Below are positions 63,859-64,000 of a stretch of 64,000 nt of DNA, in pieces. This stretch comes from Blastocladiella emersonii ATCC 22665 (lineage: Eukaryota; Fungi; Blastocladiomycota). Position numbers and translations under genes: made by a program. Under the pieces are notes generated by a model. The model made no database searches. It saw only the letters and a program-made list of their open reading frames with translations, and was not told where the DNA came from. The stretch's first letter is position 1; every line of letters begins with the position of its first letter. Location: assembly GCA_025594325.1 (NCBI GenBank), contig JANHCV010000015.1, positions 992,001 through 1,056,000 on the forward strand, in the 5' to 3' direction.

Positions 63859-64000
63859 GGCCCGCACGCCCACACGCACTCCCGCCAGGAGCATGTGGTG
63901 TGTGGGTCATCATCCACCATTCAGTTTGTAGTCCCTAGCACCCCTTGGCCCCAGCACTGTCTCCTTCCTGCAGGAGGAGCCCTGCCGCCTCAGCCCTCCG
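63859..64000. repeat. Unit 24, partial (truncated by window end)
   Basis: Matches bases 1-142. Confidence 0.95.

Larger units (their letters stand above)
1..64000. repeat. Tandem macrosatellite / higher-order repeat array, unit 2766 or 2790 bp, 23 full copies + partial; extends past both window ends
   Basis: GGCCCGCACGCCCACACGCACTCC recurs at 1, 2791, 5557, 8347 ... 55561, 58327, 61093, 63859. Identical ORF sets recur at the same spacing. 10x2790 + 13x2766 = 63858. Confidence 0.99.

Noticed and set aside
37-63938. All short ORFs in the track (61-191 aa) as genes
   Set aside because: They overlap in several frames on both strands, have low-complexity composition, contain peptide repeats caused by simple DNA repeats (GHL, SPW, TKV, GRLAGWQ) and resemble no family I recognise. 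This is expected by chance in GC-rich DNA.

Overview
The whole 64-kb window is one head-to-tail tandem array: 23 complete copies plus a 142-bp partial copy of a 2766/2790-bp unit (13 short, 10 long; unit phase set arbitrarily at window base 1). Copies are almost identical. I found one 24-bp indel and five single-base variants by eye, and that scan is not exhaustive. Each unit has two parts. One is a ~1.65-kb GC-rich segment with eukaryotic splice-site-like motifs, short simple repeats and only short overlapping ORFs. The other is a ~1.1-kb T/G-rich block of 8 strongly diverged ~138-bp monomers plus a partial one. The array is therefore a higher-order (two-tier) satellite/macrosatellite, most likely eukaryotic. 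No protein-coding gene, rRNA, tRNA, snRNA, transposase or CRISPR array could be supported, and the ORF track is the same ~14 short ORFs repeated per unit. The best leads are the nested repeat architecture, the 46-codon monomer whose consensus reads as a decayed LRR-like repeat, hairpins at the block boundary, possible spliced transcription through the GC-rich part, and a readable unit-haplotype map that records recombination between copies.
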